Origin: Alphaproteobacteria bacterium
GTDB lineage: Bacteria; Pseudomonadota; Alphaproteobacteria; MPNO01; UBA830
Length of the DNA stretch: 64,000 nucleotides
Assembly: GCA_965243135.1 (NCBI GenBank)
Contig: OZ251539.1
Location: 3,328,001-3,392,000, forward strand
Direction: 5' to 3'
The translations under genes and the position numbers were made by a program. The notes under the pieces were generated by a model, which was not told where the DNA came from, ran no database searches, and saw only the letters and a program-made list of their open reading frames with translations. Shown here piece after piece: positions 17,787 to 27,483 of the stretch; position 1 is the first letter of the stretch; every line of letters starts with the position of its first letter.

Positions 17787-19316
17787 TCAGACGGTCTCGA
17801 ACTTGAACCCGACGATGTTGCGCTCCTCCCGGCCGAACTCCACCCCGATCAGGTGGACCTGTACGCCCGGACGCCGGTACTTGTCCGCGTAGCCGCGCTC
17901 CCGAATCTGCGCCAGCGCTCGCCCTTCCGGCTTCCCGTCCACGACCTTGAACTCGAACAGGTAGACGCCGCCGTACAGTACCGTCAGGTCCGAGCGGCCT
18001 CGCGCCGTGCTCTCCTCGGCGCGGACATCCATCCCCGCCGCCACGAAGTGCGAGTAGAACACGCTCGCGTAGTGCGCCTCGTAGCCCGCCATGCCCGTGT
18101 TCGCGTACCACTCGTTGCTCGCCAGGAACGCCCGGAACCGCCGCTCGAGGCCCGCGAAGTCGTTCGTCCGCATCAGGCGGCGCAACTCCCGGCTCTCCGC
18201 CGCGACCGCGACATCCGGCGCCATCGTCCGCAGCAGGAGCGCGTTCAGGCTGCGCTTCACCTCCTGGTTCGGGTAGTCCAGCCGGTAGAGGCGCAAGTCT
18301 TCGTCCCGCTCCTCGCCGGCGATGGTCAGGTAGCCGGTCTGGAACAGCAGCGTCTCGACAGGGATGCGATCGACATCGATGGCCGACAGCAGATCGTCGT
18401 TCGCGACCAGCTCCTCCAGGGCCGGCGGCGCGAACCGGCGCCGCGACAGAAGGTCGGCGAGGAAAGTCGGCGTGCCGGTCCGGAACCAGTGCGCCTCGAA
18501 CTCGCGCGTCTCGAAGAGCAGAAGAATGTCGAACGGATTGTAGACTTTGTCCGAGCCGCGCCAGTTGTAGCCGTTGTACCAGCGGCGGACTTCCTTCCGG
18601 TCCAGGCCCTCGAATTCCGGGGCGAAGACCGCGTCCAGCTCCGCATCCGTGTAGCCGCAGATGGCGCCGAAACGCGGATCGAGGGTGATGTCGCGCAGGT
18701 TGTTCAGGCCCGAGAACAGGCCCGCCAACTTGCTCACCCCCGTCAGGAAAACGAAACGGAGATGCCTGTCGCAGGCCTTGATCACCCCGTACAGGCTGCG
18801 CAGGAAGTCCCGGTTGGCCAGCGCCAGTTCCCGGTCGCCGAGCGCGTCCAGGATCGGCTTGTCGTATTCGTCTACCAGAACGACCGCCCGCTGCCCGGTG
18901 CGTTCGTGCAGGTCCGCGATCAGTTCCCGGAAGCGGATCGAAACTCTGGCGCTGCCTCGCTCGATGCCGGCCAGCCTCTCCGCCGCCTTCAGTTGCGATT
19001 CCGTTTCTTCCCGAACTCCGTCCGGGTCGCCGAAATCGCCCCCGCCGAAATCCAGCCGCACGACCGGATGGCGCGCCGACCAGTCCCACCCGTCGTGTAT
19101 GGCGAGACCACGAAACAACTCCTCGCTTCCCTCGAACAGCTCCTGCAGCGTGTCCACCAGCAGGCTCTTGCCGAACCGGCGCGGACGCGACAGGAAATAG
19201 TACCTGCCTCCCTCGACGAGGCGGCGCACATAGTCCGTCTTGTCGACGTAGTAGCAGTCCAGCTCCCGGATCGTCCGGAGGGAGGTCATGCCGGTCGGAA
19301 GCATGCGTTTCGTCAT
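17787..19316 (-). CDS. AAA-ATPase-like domain + PD-(D/E)XK nuclease protein
   Basis: YYVDKT, FLSRPRRFGKS, VLVDEYDKP, FLTGVSK, YNGY, YNPF, LLFQTGYLTI, GRSDL...FEFK...ALAQI...Y. Confidence 0.92.
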   Translation of the reverse strand: MTKRMLPTGMTSLRTIRELDCYYVDKTDYVRRLVEGGRYYFLSRPRRFGKSLLVDTLQELFEGSEELFRGLAIHDGWDWSARHPVVRLDFGGGDFGDPDGVREETESQLKAAERLAGIERGSARVSIRFRELIADLHERTGQRAVVLVDEYDKPILDALGDRELALANRDFLRSLYGVIKACDRHLRFVFLTGVSKLAGLFSGLNNLRDITLDPRFGAICGYTDAELDAVFAPEFEGLDRKEVRRWYNGYNWRGSDKVYNPFDILLLFETREFEAHWFRTGTPTFLADLLSRRRFAPPALEELVANDDLLSAIDVDRIPVETLLFQTGYLTIAGEERDEDLRLYRLDYPNQEVKRSLNALLLRTMAPDVAVAAESRELRRLMRTNDFAGLERRFRAFLASNEWYANTGMAGYEAHYASVFYSHFVAAGMDVRAEESTARGRSDLTVLYGGVYLFEFKVVDGKPEGRALAQIRERGYADKYRRPGVQVHLIGVEFGREERNIVGFKFETV

Positions 19317-19630
19317 CCGAAAAGGGTAGGCCGCCATGCCGGAGCCGTCAAGGAAGAGGCGGAATCCGCCCACGGCGGATCTTTTCTTCTAGTAAAAGCC
19401 CTTTATTAACGCGATCTTAGACGCCAGATCCGGTCTACCTTCTTGGTCGTCAGAAAACCACGGGCTGTCGTCGAGCTTGCGAGGAACGCTTTCAACACGC
19501 AAGCCCGGCGCGTTGCCGAAGATCGGCGAGACGCTGTGATGCGTAGCGCGACGAGCGGGAGCTTTTCCTTTCCGGCGCGCCGTGCGCGGGATGCCCGGTT
19601 GGGATTTCCGGCGGCTGCGCCTGGCGACCC

Positions 19631-19745
19631 GAACTGGCCGCCTACCTCGGCGAGCGGGGAGATTTCTACGTCTTTACCGTCAAGGGAAACCAACCTGCTG
19701 ACCGAACTTCTCTTCAAACAGAGGCGAACCCGACTTCCGGGAAAA
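19631..19745 (+). pseudogene. ISAs1-family transposase remnant
   Basis: Short frame ELAAYLGERGDFYVFTVKGNQP matches the ISAs1 DY(V/L)xxVKGNQP motif, then frameshifts. Confidence 0.55.
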
Positions 19746-19928
19746 TGTCGATCTACGGAACCTTCTTCGTCGCCTCGCCCGTGGCCACGAGGCGATGAAG
19801 CGCTGCCGGGCGACTGGCTCGCGGAGCGACGGCAGCATGAACCCGGATCCTCGACGGCGAACGGCGAGGCTGTCCGACCTCGCCGCCAATCTCCTCCGGC
19901 GCGTCGACCGCGCTCGGCGCCTCCGCCG

Positions 19929-20912
19929 TCATTCCCCGCTCGTCCCCTGCAGATCCCGAAGAAAGCCGATCGCCGCGTCGCGCTCCGGCCCGTCGCCCTG
20001 GATCATCAGCACGGGTTCGTCGACCCCGCTCCGCGCGAACGCCTCCAGGCGATCGCGGCACGCGGCGGGCGTTCCGGCGACGCTGAACGCTTCGACTGCA
20101 TCGTCGGAGACCAGCCGCGCCGCCTCGTCCAGGTCGCGGCGCGAAACGGCATCCATGATCCGCTCCTGATCGACGGGAATTCCGGTCATCTCGACGTTTT
20201 CCCGCAACGCCCGGTTGCGCAGCAGAAAAGCGAGCTTCGCGCGCGCGGTCTCCACCGCCGTCCTGCCGTCGTCCGATACCGCGAATATCAGATAAGCGGC
20301 GCGCCTGACGCGGCCGCGCCCCGCCGCGGCGGCGGCCACCCGTTCGAGGGAAGATGCGCAATAGGCGGGCGAAAGCCCGGCGGACAGAACCACGCCGTCC
20401 GCGACGCGGCCCGCCAACGCGAGCATTCGAGGCCCGATCGCGGCGACGTAGACGACGAGCGGATGCGGCGGCGAAAATCCCATGCGGGCACCGTCGAGGG
20501 CGAAAAACTCCCCGTCGTGGCGAACCGGCTCGCCGCTCCATGCGGCGCGAAGGCATGCGACGAACTCGCGAACCGCCCGGACGGGCTTGATCGCCTCCTT
20601 GCCGCACTCCCTCAGAAACATGGGATTCCCCGTCCCGACGGCGATGCCGACCGGCGCTTCGCCGACCTCGGCAAGGGTCGCAAGCGCCATCGCAGTCGGA
20701 AACGGATGCCAGAGATAGGGGCTGACCGCCGTGGGCACCACGAAGGCCGACGGATCGTTCATCCGGAAGCCCATGGCCGTGACCATCGCCTCCCGGTAGC
20801 CCATGTGCTCCGCCATCCAGACGGATCGCGCGCCCGCCGCCGCCGCCTCGCGCGCGGTCGCCAGCGTCGCGGCGGTGCTGCCGAATCCATCGAAACTGAT
20901 TCCGGCGTTCAT
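19929..20912 (-). CDS. LLM-class flavin-dependent oxidoreductase
   Basis: VWMAEH, YVAAIGPRMLALAGRVADG, VAGTP. Confidence 0.85.
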   Translation of the reverse strand: MNAGISFDGFGSTAATLATAREAAAAGARSVWMAEHMGYREAMVTAMGFRMNDPSAFVVPTAVSPYLWHPFPTAMALATLAEVGEAPVGIAVGTGNPMFLRECGKEAIKPVRAVREFVACLRAAWSGEPVRHDGEFFALDGARMGFSPPHPLVVYVAAIGPRMLALAGRVADGVVLSAGLSPAYCASSLERVAAAAAGRGRVRRAAYLIFAVSDDGRTAVETARAKLAFLLRNRALRENVEMTGIPVDQERIMDAVSRRDLDEAARLVSDDAVEAFSVAGTPAACRDRLEAFARSGVDEPVLMIQGDGPERDAAIGFLRDLQGTSGE

Positions 20913-22039
20913 GGCCGATCCCCTCCTCCGGCCCGGTCCGGGCGGTCCCCCGTCTCGACGTAACGGCGGAGTTCGCCCGGCGTCATTCCTTCCAGTCCCA
21001 TCTTCGCGAGCGTCAGCCCGTCCCGGACGTAATCGATTCCGGTCGCGAGCGAAGCCAGATGGACGAGGCTGTCGATCGTCGGCGTCGCCACTCCCGCCAA
21101 CCGCCCGAAAGCCGCCAACGGCGCCAGCCCGTACCCGACGTCCTCGTGCACGTACCGGTGATCGAGCGATGGCGGCGACTTGAGGGTCGCGTTGGGCGCG
21201 CTCTCCTCGCAGGCCCGCGAGATCGAACCGCTGTCCCTCGCAGCCGCGGTGGTCAGCCCGGCGTCGTGAAACGCGTCGAGAAACGGTCGCGCCGGAATGT
21301 CCAGCGCCCTCGCGATCGCGAGCCGCTCGTCGTCGACGCCTTTGGTCACGGCCCCTACACCGGCGGTGATTCCCTCCTTGTAGAAAAGGAAATCACCGCG
21401 CGTCCGCTCGATCCAGCCGAGATTGAGAATCGTTCCCGGCGGATGAAAGGTCGCGTTGATGTTGGAAAGCGCCGTCTCGAGCACGCTCGAGGCCGCGACC
21501 GTCTCCGGATAGATGTCGTGGACGACGTCGAACAGTTCGTCCGTGCGGCGACCCGGCAGGGCGGCGAAGCCGAGCTTGCGGGTGAGCGAGTAAATCCCGA
21601 CCTCGGCCTCTCCCTCCATCCGGGCGATATAGGTCAGGGTCACGGTCTCGCAGGCGGTCAACGCGCGTCCGTGCCGCCTCAGCTCGGCGGCCAAATGAAG
21701 GCTGCCGCCGGTGTGCCCCGGATTGAGGAAGACCGGAACGGAGCCGTCGACAAGCGGAGCCAGCTCGCGAGCGTAATGGCCGTGGGCGACGGACGGCACG
21801 ACCAGCATGATCAGGTCCGCTCCGGCGACGGCTTCGGCAACGCCGGTCGTCATCTTCGCCACCGGAAAGAGTCCGTTCCGAACGCCGCGCGCCCTGATCC
21901 CTCCTTGCCGCCGCAGGGGCCGAAGCCGTTCTTCCCGGCGCGCGTGCAGTTGCACGTCGTAACCGCGCGCGGTCAGATCGGCGGCGGCCGCGCAACCGCC
22001 GTGACCGGCGCCGAGCACCGCTATCGTCCGGACGGTCAT
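20909..22039 (-). CDS. NAD/NADP octopine/nopaline (opine) dehydrogenase family protein
   Basis: VLGAGHGG Rossmann motif, LNPGHTGG, ETVTL, FHP, FYKEG, RYVHEDVGYGL. Confidence 0.88.
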   Translation of the reverse strand: MTVRTIAVLGAGHGGCAAAADLTARGYDVQLHARREERLRPLRRQGGIRARGVRNGLFPVAKMTTGVAEAVAGADLIMLVVPSVAHGHYARELAPLVDGSVPVFLNPGHTGGSLHLAAELRRHGRALTACETVTLTYIARMEGEAEVGIYSLTRKLGFAALPGRRTDELFDVVHDIYPETVAASSVLETALSNINATFHPPGTILNLGWIERTRGDFLFYKEGITAGVGAVTKGVDDERLAIARALDIPARPFLDAFHDAGLTTAAARDSGSISRACEESAPNATLKSPPSLDHRYVHEDVGYGLAPLAAFGRLAGVATPTIDSLVHLASLATGIDYVRDGLTLAKMGLEGMTPGELRRYVETGDRPDRAGGGDRP

Positions 22040-23184
22040 GCCTCCGCGCTTCGCCCGACCCTCCGCAGGCGATCCGTGTCCGCATGGTCCGACAGGAGCT
22101 CGCACCCGGTTTCCGTGACCAGGATCATGTCCTTGTTCTGCATCCCGTACCCGTGTCCCGTACGGTAGCACAACGGCTCGACGCCCAGCACCATTCCGGC
22201 TTCCAGCCGCGCGTCGTCCTTCGAACCGATCGCGGGGGTTTCTCCGATATAGGGATCCTCATGGAGAAAGAGCCCGATCCCGTGGCCGGCGAAGGAGATC
22301 GGCGGAAGGTTCTTCGCGACCAGCCTGGCGGCGAACTCCCGGTAGATTTCCCGGCAGCTGGCGCCCGGGCGGATCCGGTCGAGCAGCAGGCGTTTGCAGT
22401 CCGTCAGGACCTCCCAGATGTCCTCCGCGCGCGGCGGCGGCGCGCCCACGACCGCCGTGCGGCACACGCCCGCGTGATAGCCGTCGATCATCGGGAAGAT
22501 CTCGACGCGGCAGACGTCGCCGTCCTCGAGGCGGCGACCGCTGGGTCCCGCGTTGGGAAGCTGGCTGCGTTCGCCGGTGGCGACGATCAGCAGCCTGAAT
22601 TCCTGCGCGCCGAGTTCGTAGACGAGGCGCGTGAGATGGCCGGCGATATCCATTTCGGTGTCGCCGCGGCCGACGCGCTCGAGAGCCCCGGCGATCGCCC
22701 GGTCGGCAATCCGCGAGAGCCGGCGCAGAAGGGCGATTTCCTCCGGGGTCTTGATTTGCCGGAGCCGCGCGAGGAGGCGGTCGCCGGAAACGAAGGCGGC
22801 GCCGGGCAGACGCTCCTGCAACCTGTCGAAATCGGCCTTGGGAAGGTAGCCGGTTTCCAAGCCGATGCGGGCGCTCGCGAGTCCGAGATCCGCCAACAGG
22901 GATCCCAGCGCAGCCATGGCGTCGCCGCCGAACTCCTCCCACACCGCGAGCGGAACTTCGGGCGCCCTCTCCCGAATGGTCGACGCCTCCATGTCGACGC
23001 CGAGAAAGGCCATGCCGCCGTCGGCCGCGACCACCGCCGCCGCGTGCCGATGGCGCAGCAGGGGCTGGGACGGAACGACGAACCCGCTCGCATAGGCGAA
23101 GTTCTCGGGCGAGCAGAGCACCAGCGCGTCGAGACCCTCGCGCCGCGCCGCCTGAACCAGCCGATCCCTGACCTCTCCCCGCAA
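22036..23184 (-). CDS. Xaa-Pro peptidase (M24) family protein
   Basis: RQIKTPEEI, GHGIGLFLHEDP, GMVLGVEP; some canonical metal ligands appear substituted. Confidence 0.82.
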   Translation of the reverse strand: MRGEVRDRLVQAARREGLDALVLCSPENFAYASGFVVPSQPLLRHRHAAAVVAADGGMAFLGVDMEASTIRERAPEVPLAVWEEFGGDAMAALGSLLADLGLASARIGLETGYLPKADFDRLQERLPGAAFVSGDRLLARLRQIKTPEEIALLRRLSRIADRAIAGALERVGRGDTEMDIAGHLTRLVYELGAQEFRLLIVATGERSQLPNAGPSGRRLEDGDVCRVEIFPMIDGYHAGVCRTAVVGAPPPRAEDIWEVLTDCKRLLLDRIRPGASCREIYREFAARLVAKNLPPISFAGHGIGLFLHEDPYIGETPAIGSKDDARLEAGMVLGVEPLCYRTGHGYGMQNKDMILVTETGCELLSDHADTDRLRRVGRSAEA

Positions 23185-23194
23185 GGCCGCCTCC

Positions 23195-24352
23195 CTATCG
23201 AACCCGGTATTTCTCGATCTTTTCCCCGTCGATTTCGATTCCCATGCCGACGCCGTCCGGCAACTCGATGGCGCCGTCGACGAGGCGCATGGGTTCGGCG
23301 ATCAGATCGTCCAGATAGTAGATGCCGGCGAGCTGGCCGCCCTGCGCCTCCGCCGGCGTCGAAACCGGTATCACGCAGGAAAGCGCGACCGAAGGCGCGG
23401 CGGCGGCGAGCTGAAGATTGGCGAGGTTCCCGACGCCCGTCTCGACCGACCCGTTCACGTTGCAGACGATGCCGGCGGCGCGGCAGACCGCGGCGACTTC
23501 CATCGCCTTCAGCAAGCCGCCCGGCTTGGTGGTGTAGAGAGACACGATATCGGCGGCCCCGATCTCCGCGATGCGAAGCGCGTCGCGAGCCGTCCATGCC
23601 GACTCGTCGAGCATCACGGGCGGATCGATGGCGCGGGCGACCTCGGCCGCCCGCTCGATTCCCGTGACCGGCTGCTCGACGTAAATCAGGTCGTACGGCT
23701 CCATCTTGCGGACGATCCGAACGGCTTCGCCGGGAGTGCGATAGCCTTCGTTCGCGTCGACGCAAAGAGCGATCCCCGGTCCGACGGCCTGCCTGACGCG
23801 GCGGACGATTTCGACGTCGCGGTCCGGATCCACGCCCACCTTGATCTTGATCGTCCGGATTCCTTCCGAAACGACCTGGGCGCATTCCCGTTCCGCTTCC
23901 GCGATGTCGATCAGTCCGATCGAATGCGTCACCGGAATGCGGTTCCTGACGCGCCCGCCGAGCAGCATGTGCACCGGCTGCCCGTTGCGGCGCGCGGCGA
24001 GGTCGAACAGCGCCATTTCGACGGCCGCCTTCGCGTAGGGATAGCCCTTGACGGCGCCGTCCATGCGCGCGTGCGCCTCGACGACGTTGCCGACCTCGAC
24101 TCCGGTCACGGCGGGCGAGAGATAGTTGTCGATCACCGCCTCGGCGATCAGCGGCGATTCCCCGTAATAGCGACCGAACTCGCCGCCCCAGTCCTTGAGC
24201 GCCGGCGCCTCGCCCCAGCCCGAGAGGCCGTCGTCGGAAACCGCGCGGACGAGAACGTAGCGGCCGATAGGCTCGCTCAGCCCCGCCCACTTGTGCTCGC
24301 GCCGCGTCGGCAACTGCACGAGCACGGTTTCGATGGAAGCGATGGCGGACAG
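23195..24352 (-). CDS. Mandelate racemase / muconate lactonizing enzyme (enolase superfamily)
   Basis: GWGE, KIKVG, VDANEG, YVEQP, LDES, KPGGL. The start may be an in-frame CTG at 24352 after GGGGAGG (the track gives GTG 24325). Confidence 0.85.
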   Translation of the reverse strand: MSAIASIETVLVQLPTRREHKWAGLSEPIGRYVLVRAVSDDGLSGWGEAPALKDWGGEFGRYYGESPLIAEAVIDNYLSPAVTGVEVGNVVEAHARMDGAVKGYPYAKAAVEMALFDLAARRNGQPVHMLLGGRVRNRIPVTHSIGLIDIAEAERECAQVVSEGIRTIKIKVGVDPDRDVEIVRRVRQAVGPGIALCVDANEGYRTPGEAVRIVRKMEPYDLIYVEQPVTGIERAAEVARAIDPPVMLDESAWTARDALRIAEIGAADIVSLYTTKPGGLLKAMEVAAVCRAAGIVCNVNGSVETGVGNLANLQLAAAAPSVALSCVIPVSTPAEAQGGQLAGIYYLDDLIAEPMRLVDGAIELPDGVGMGIEIDGEKIEKYRVR

Positions 24353-24576
24353 AACGACCTCCCCTGCAGGCGTCGAGATCCTACAGGATTCGCGGCCGCC
24401 GCGGAACCGGCGGCGCGCGGCCCTTCAGGAAATCCGGCGTTGTCGCGGTCGTCGCCGACGTTCGACCGCTTTCCGGCGTCGCAGGCAGCCGCCCGTCGCG
24501 ACTTCGCCCTCCCGACGAAGGCGGCAGCAGCCGCCGGAAGCGGCGTTCCGGGCGTAATTCCCGCCCCGACGGCGAA

Positions 24577-24651
24577 TGGTGGGCGCGGCTGGGATTGAAC
24601 CAGCGACCCCTACGATGTCAACGTAGTGCTCTCCCGCTGAGCTACGCGCCC
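24577..24651 (-). tRNA. trnV: tRNA-Val(GAC)
   Basis: Reverse complement is GGGCGCGTAGCTCAGCGGGAGAGCACTACGTTGACATCGTAGGGGTCGCTGGTTCAATCCCAGCCGCGCCCACCA: cloverleaf, GAC anticodon, encoded CCA. Confidence 0.97.
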
Positions 24652-24781
24652 GTCGGCGCTGTTTATCGCTTCCGGGCGGCGATTGCAACGGATTGATCCC
24701 GCCGGACAATTGATCTAAAGCACCGTCTGTCTCCGTCGCCGCCCGGCATCGGGGACTGCGGAGCGAAAGAGGCCCCCGTAA

Positions 24782-25702
24782 ATGCCCGCAGCCGACAAAT
24801 CGCGCCGGAAGCCGGCTGCGTCCGCCAGGTCCGCGGCCGGAATATCCCGCTCCTACGAAGTCCTCCGCCCCAGGCGCGTCTCTGCGCCGATCGTCCTCGC
24901 CTCGCCCCACAGCGGCCGCGACTACCCTCCGGAATTCGTCGCCCGCTCGCGACTGAATCCGCTTGCGTTGCGCAAATCCGAGGACGGCTTCGTCGACGAG
25001 CTGTTCGCGGGCGCGCGCGGTTGCGGCGTGCCCCTGATCCGCGCTCTCTTCCCGCGCGCGTTCGTCGACGTCAACCGCGAACCTTTCGAACTCGACCAAG
25101 ACATGTTCTCCGACCCGCTGCCGAATCACGTCAACACGCAATCCGTCCGCGTCGCCGCCGGCCTCGGAACCGTCCCGAGGACGATCTCCGGCGGACAGGA
25201 CATCTATTCGCAAAAGCTCGGCTTCGCCGAAGCCGCCGCCCGCATCGACCGGCACTACCATCCCTATCACCGGGCGCTTCAGCGCCTGATTCGCAAGGCC
25301 CGAAAAGATTTCGGCTACTGCATCCTGATCGACTGCCATTCCATGCCCTCGTTCGGCGAGCCGACGGATCCGGACCCCGGGCACGGACGGACGGATTTCG
25401 TGGTCGGCGACTGCTTCGGCGAGGCGTGCGCGCCCTACGTCACGGACGAGATAGAAGGAACAATAGCCGGGTTCGGCTACACGGTCGTCCGCAACAGGCC
25501 GTTCGCCGGCGGTTACACCACCAGGCATTACGGCGATCCGCGCAAGGGCGTGCACGCGGTTCAGCTCGAGATCAACCGCCTGCTGTACATGGACGAGGCC
25601 AGAATGCGAAAAACCGAGGGCTTCGCCGAACTCGCCGCCAGAATGACGGAACTGGTTTCGGCGCTGGTCCGCCTGACGGCGCTGAACCAGGCCGCGGAAT
25701 GA
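24782..25702 (+). CDS. N-formylglutamate amidohydrolase
   Basis: ASPHSGRDYP, SEDGFVD, PRAFVDVNR, IDCHSMPS, RNRPFAGG, QLEINR. Confidence 0.92.
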   Translation: MPAADKSRRKPAASARSAAGISRSYEVLRPRRVSAPIVLASPHSGRDYPPEFVARSRLNPLALRKSEDGFVDELFAGARGCGVPLIRALFPRAFVDVNREPFELDQDMFSDPLPNHVNTQSVRVAAGLGTVPRTISGGQDIYSQKLGFAEAAARIDRHYHPYHRALQRLIRKARKDFGYCILIDCHSMPSFGEPTDPDPGHGRTDFVVGDCFGEACAPYVTDEIEGTIAGFGYTVVRNRPFAGGYTTRHYGDPRKGVHAVQLEINRLLYMDEARMRKTEGFAELAARMTELVSALVRLTALNQAAE

Positions 25703-25920
25703 CTCGCCGGTCCGCCGCCGGCCGGCTTCTTCGCGTCGAGCCGCCCGCGGGCCGTTGACGCAGGCCGGTCCGTCCGTACACTGGCGCGGAGATCGCCGTG
25801 CCGCGCCTTCGGCCGGGCCGGCGAAACCGCGACGCTCGGAAAGCCTTCCCGCGGGCCGCCTTGCAAGCGTCGTCGCGGGCGTAACGTAGCCGGCGGACGA
25901 AACAATCGGGAGCGAGCGTC

Positions 25921-27168
25921 ATGTTGCAGGCGCAGAGCGCGCTGGGTCTGGTCGTTCTTCTATTTCTGGCGCAGGTTCTGGGCGAACGGCGCAGCTTTCG
26001 CGCGTGGCGCGTCGCCGTCGTCGGGGCCGCGCTGCAAATCGCGCTCGCCGCGGCGATGCTCTATCTGCCCGGGATCACGGACGCGATCGCCACGGTCAAT
26101 CGGCTGGTCTCCGCGCTCGACGCCGCGAGCGCGGCCGGCACGAGCCTCGTGTTCGGCTATCTGGGCGGCGGACCGCTGCCCTTCAAGGAAAGCTTTCCGG
26201 GCGCCGCCTTCGTCCTCGCCTTCCGGGCGCTGCCGATCATTCTCGTGGTGAGCGCGCTGGCGGCGGTCCTGACCCACTGGCGCATTCTGCCTCTGGTCGT
26301 CAGGGGTTTCGGCCTGCTCCTGGAACGCAGCTTCAGGATAGGCGGACCGACGGGGCTGGCGAGCGCGGCCAACGTCCTCGTCGGAATGATCGAAGCGCCG
26401 CTGCTGGTGCGTCCGTACCTGTCCCGCATGTCCCGCTCGGAACTCTTCGTGCTGATGACCGTGGGCATGGCGACCATCGCCGGCACGGTATACGTGCTCT
26501 ATTCGATAATCCTGACGCCCACGATGCCGGACGCCGCTTCCCAGCTTCTGATCGCCTCGGTCATCAGCGCGCCCGCGGCGGTGACGGTCGCCCTCTTGAT
26601 GGTGCCTCAGGAAGGGCCCCCGACGGAGGGCAGGCTGGAAATTCCCCGCGAAAGCGCCAGCGCGATGGACGCCGTCGTGCGCGGCGCCGAACAGGGCGTA
26701 AGGGTGCTCGTCGCCGTCGTCGCCCTGCTGATCGTGTTCGTGGCGCTGGTTCATCTCGTCAACGCCGGGCTGGCGTTGCTGCCCGATCTCGCGGGCGGGC
26801 CGATCACCCTGCAGCGGATCCTTTCCTGGCCCTTGATTCCGGTCGCCTGGCTAATGGGAATCCCTTGGGAGGAAGCGTCCGCGGCGGCGCGGCTGTTGGC
26901 GTCGAAGGTCGTGCTCAACGAGCTCGTGGCCTATCTCGAACTCGCCAAACTGCCGGAAGAAACGTTCTCGGCTCGAAGCCGGCTGATCGTCGTCTACGCG
27001 CTGTGCGGCTTCGCCAACCTCGGCAGTCTCGGCATCATGATCGGCGGCCTGTCGACCCTCGTCCCGGACCGGAGATCCGAAATCGTGGCGCTCGGCGCCA
27101 AAAGCGTCGTCGCCGGCTTTCTGGCCACTTGCCTCACCGGAGCGGTCATCGGCGTTCTGACGCCCTGA
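25921..27168 (+). CDS. nupC: Concentrative nucleoside transporter (CNT/NupC family)
   Basis: GMIEAPLLVRPY, GMATIAG, NELVAY, YALCGFANLGS; highly hydrophobic. Confidence 0.9.
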   Translation: MLQAQSALGLVVLLFLAQVLGERRSFRAWRVAVVGAALQIALAAAMLYLPGITDAIATVNRLVSALDAASAAGTSLVFGYLGGGPLPFKESFPGAAFVLAFRALPIILVVSALAAVLTHWRILPLVVRGFGLLLERSFRIGGPTGLASAANVLVGMIEAPLLVRPYLSRMSRSELFVLMTVGMATIAGTVYVLYSIILTPTMPDAASQLLIASVISAPAAVTVALLMVPQEGPPTEGRLEIPRESASAMDAVVRGAEQGVRVLVAVVALLIVFVALVHLVNAGLALLPDLAGGPITLQRILSWPLIPVAWLMGIPWEEASAAARLLASKVVLNELVAYLELAKLPEETFSARSRLIVVYALCGFANLGSLGIMIGGLSTLVPDRRSEIVALGAKSVVAGFLATCLTGAVIGVLTP

Positions 27169-27483
27169 ACGAAGAACCGGAAAACCGGCCCCGCAAGGGC
27201 CGGCCGGAAGCGAGGGGCCCGTGAGCGCGCGCCCGCCGCGCCGTCCCGGGCGTTTCGCCGGCCGTCGCGTTTTCCGAAGACGACGGAAAGAAGATCTGCG
27301 AAATCGCCGTCGGTTCGAGTAAACTGAACCCGTTGTCTTCGGGCGCTCCCCGCGGCAGAGAATGCAATGCGCGCTCGGGTCGGGCGAGGCGCTCCGCGCA
27401 AGGGGAGTCCCGGAAGAAGAGAACTCACGCCGGAAGGTCGGATGCCGCTCGCGCAGGCAATTACAGCAAAGCCGGACAGGCGC

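Noticed and set aside
24577-24651. tRNA-Val as the integration site (att) of the defence island
   Set aside because: I found no duplicated tRNA 3' end and no integrase in the window, and metabolic genes lie between the tRNA and the island.
27185-27203. Short GC hairpin after nupC (a similar one lies near 55868) as a REP family or terminator
   Set aside because: Only two loosely similar copies were seen, and there is no U-tract on the nupC strand.
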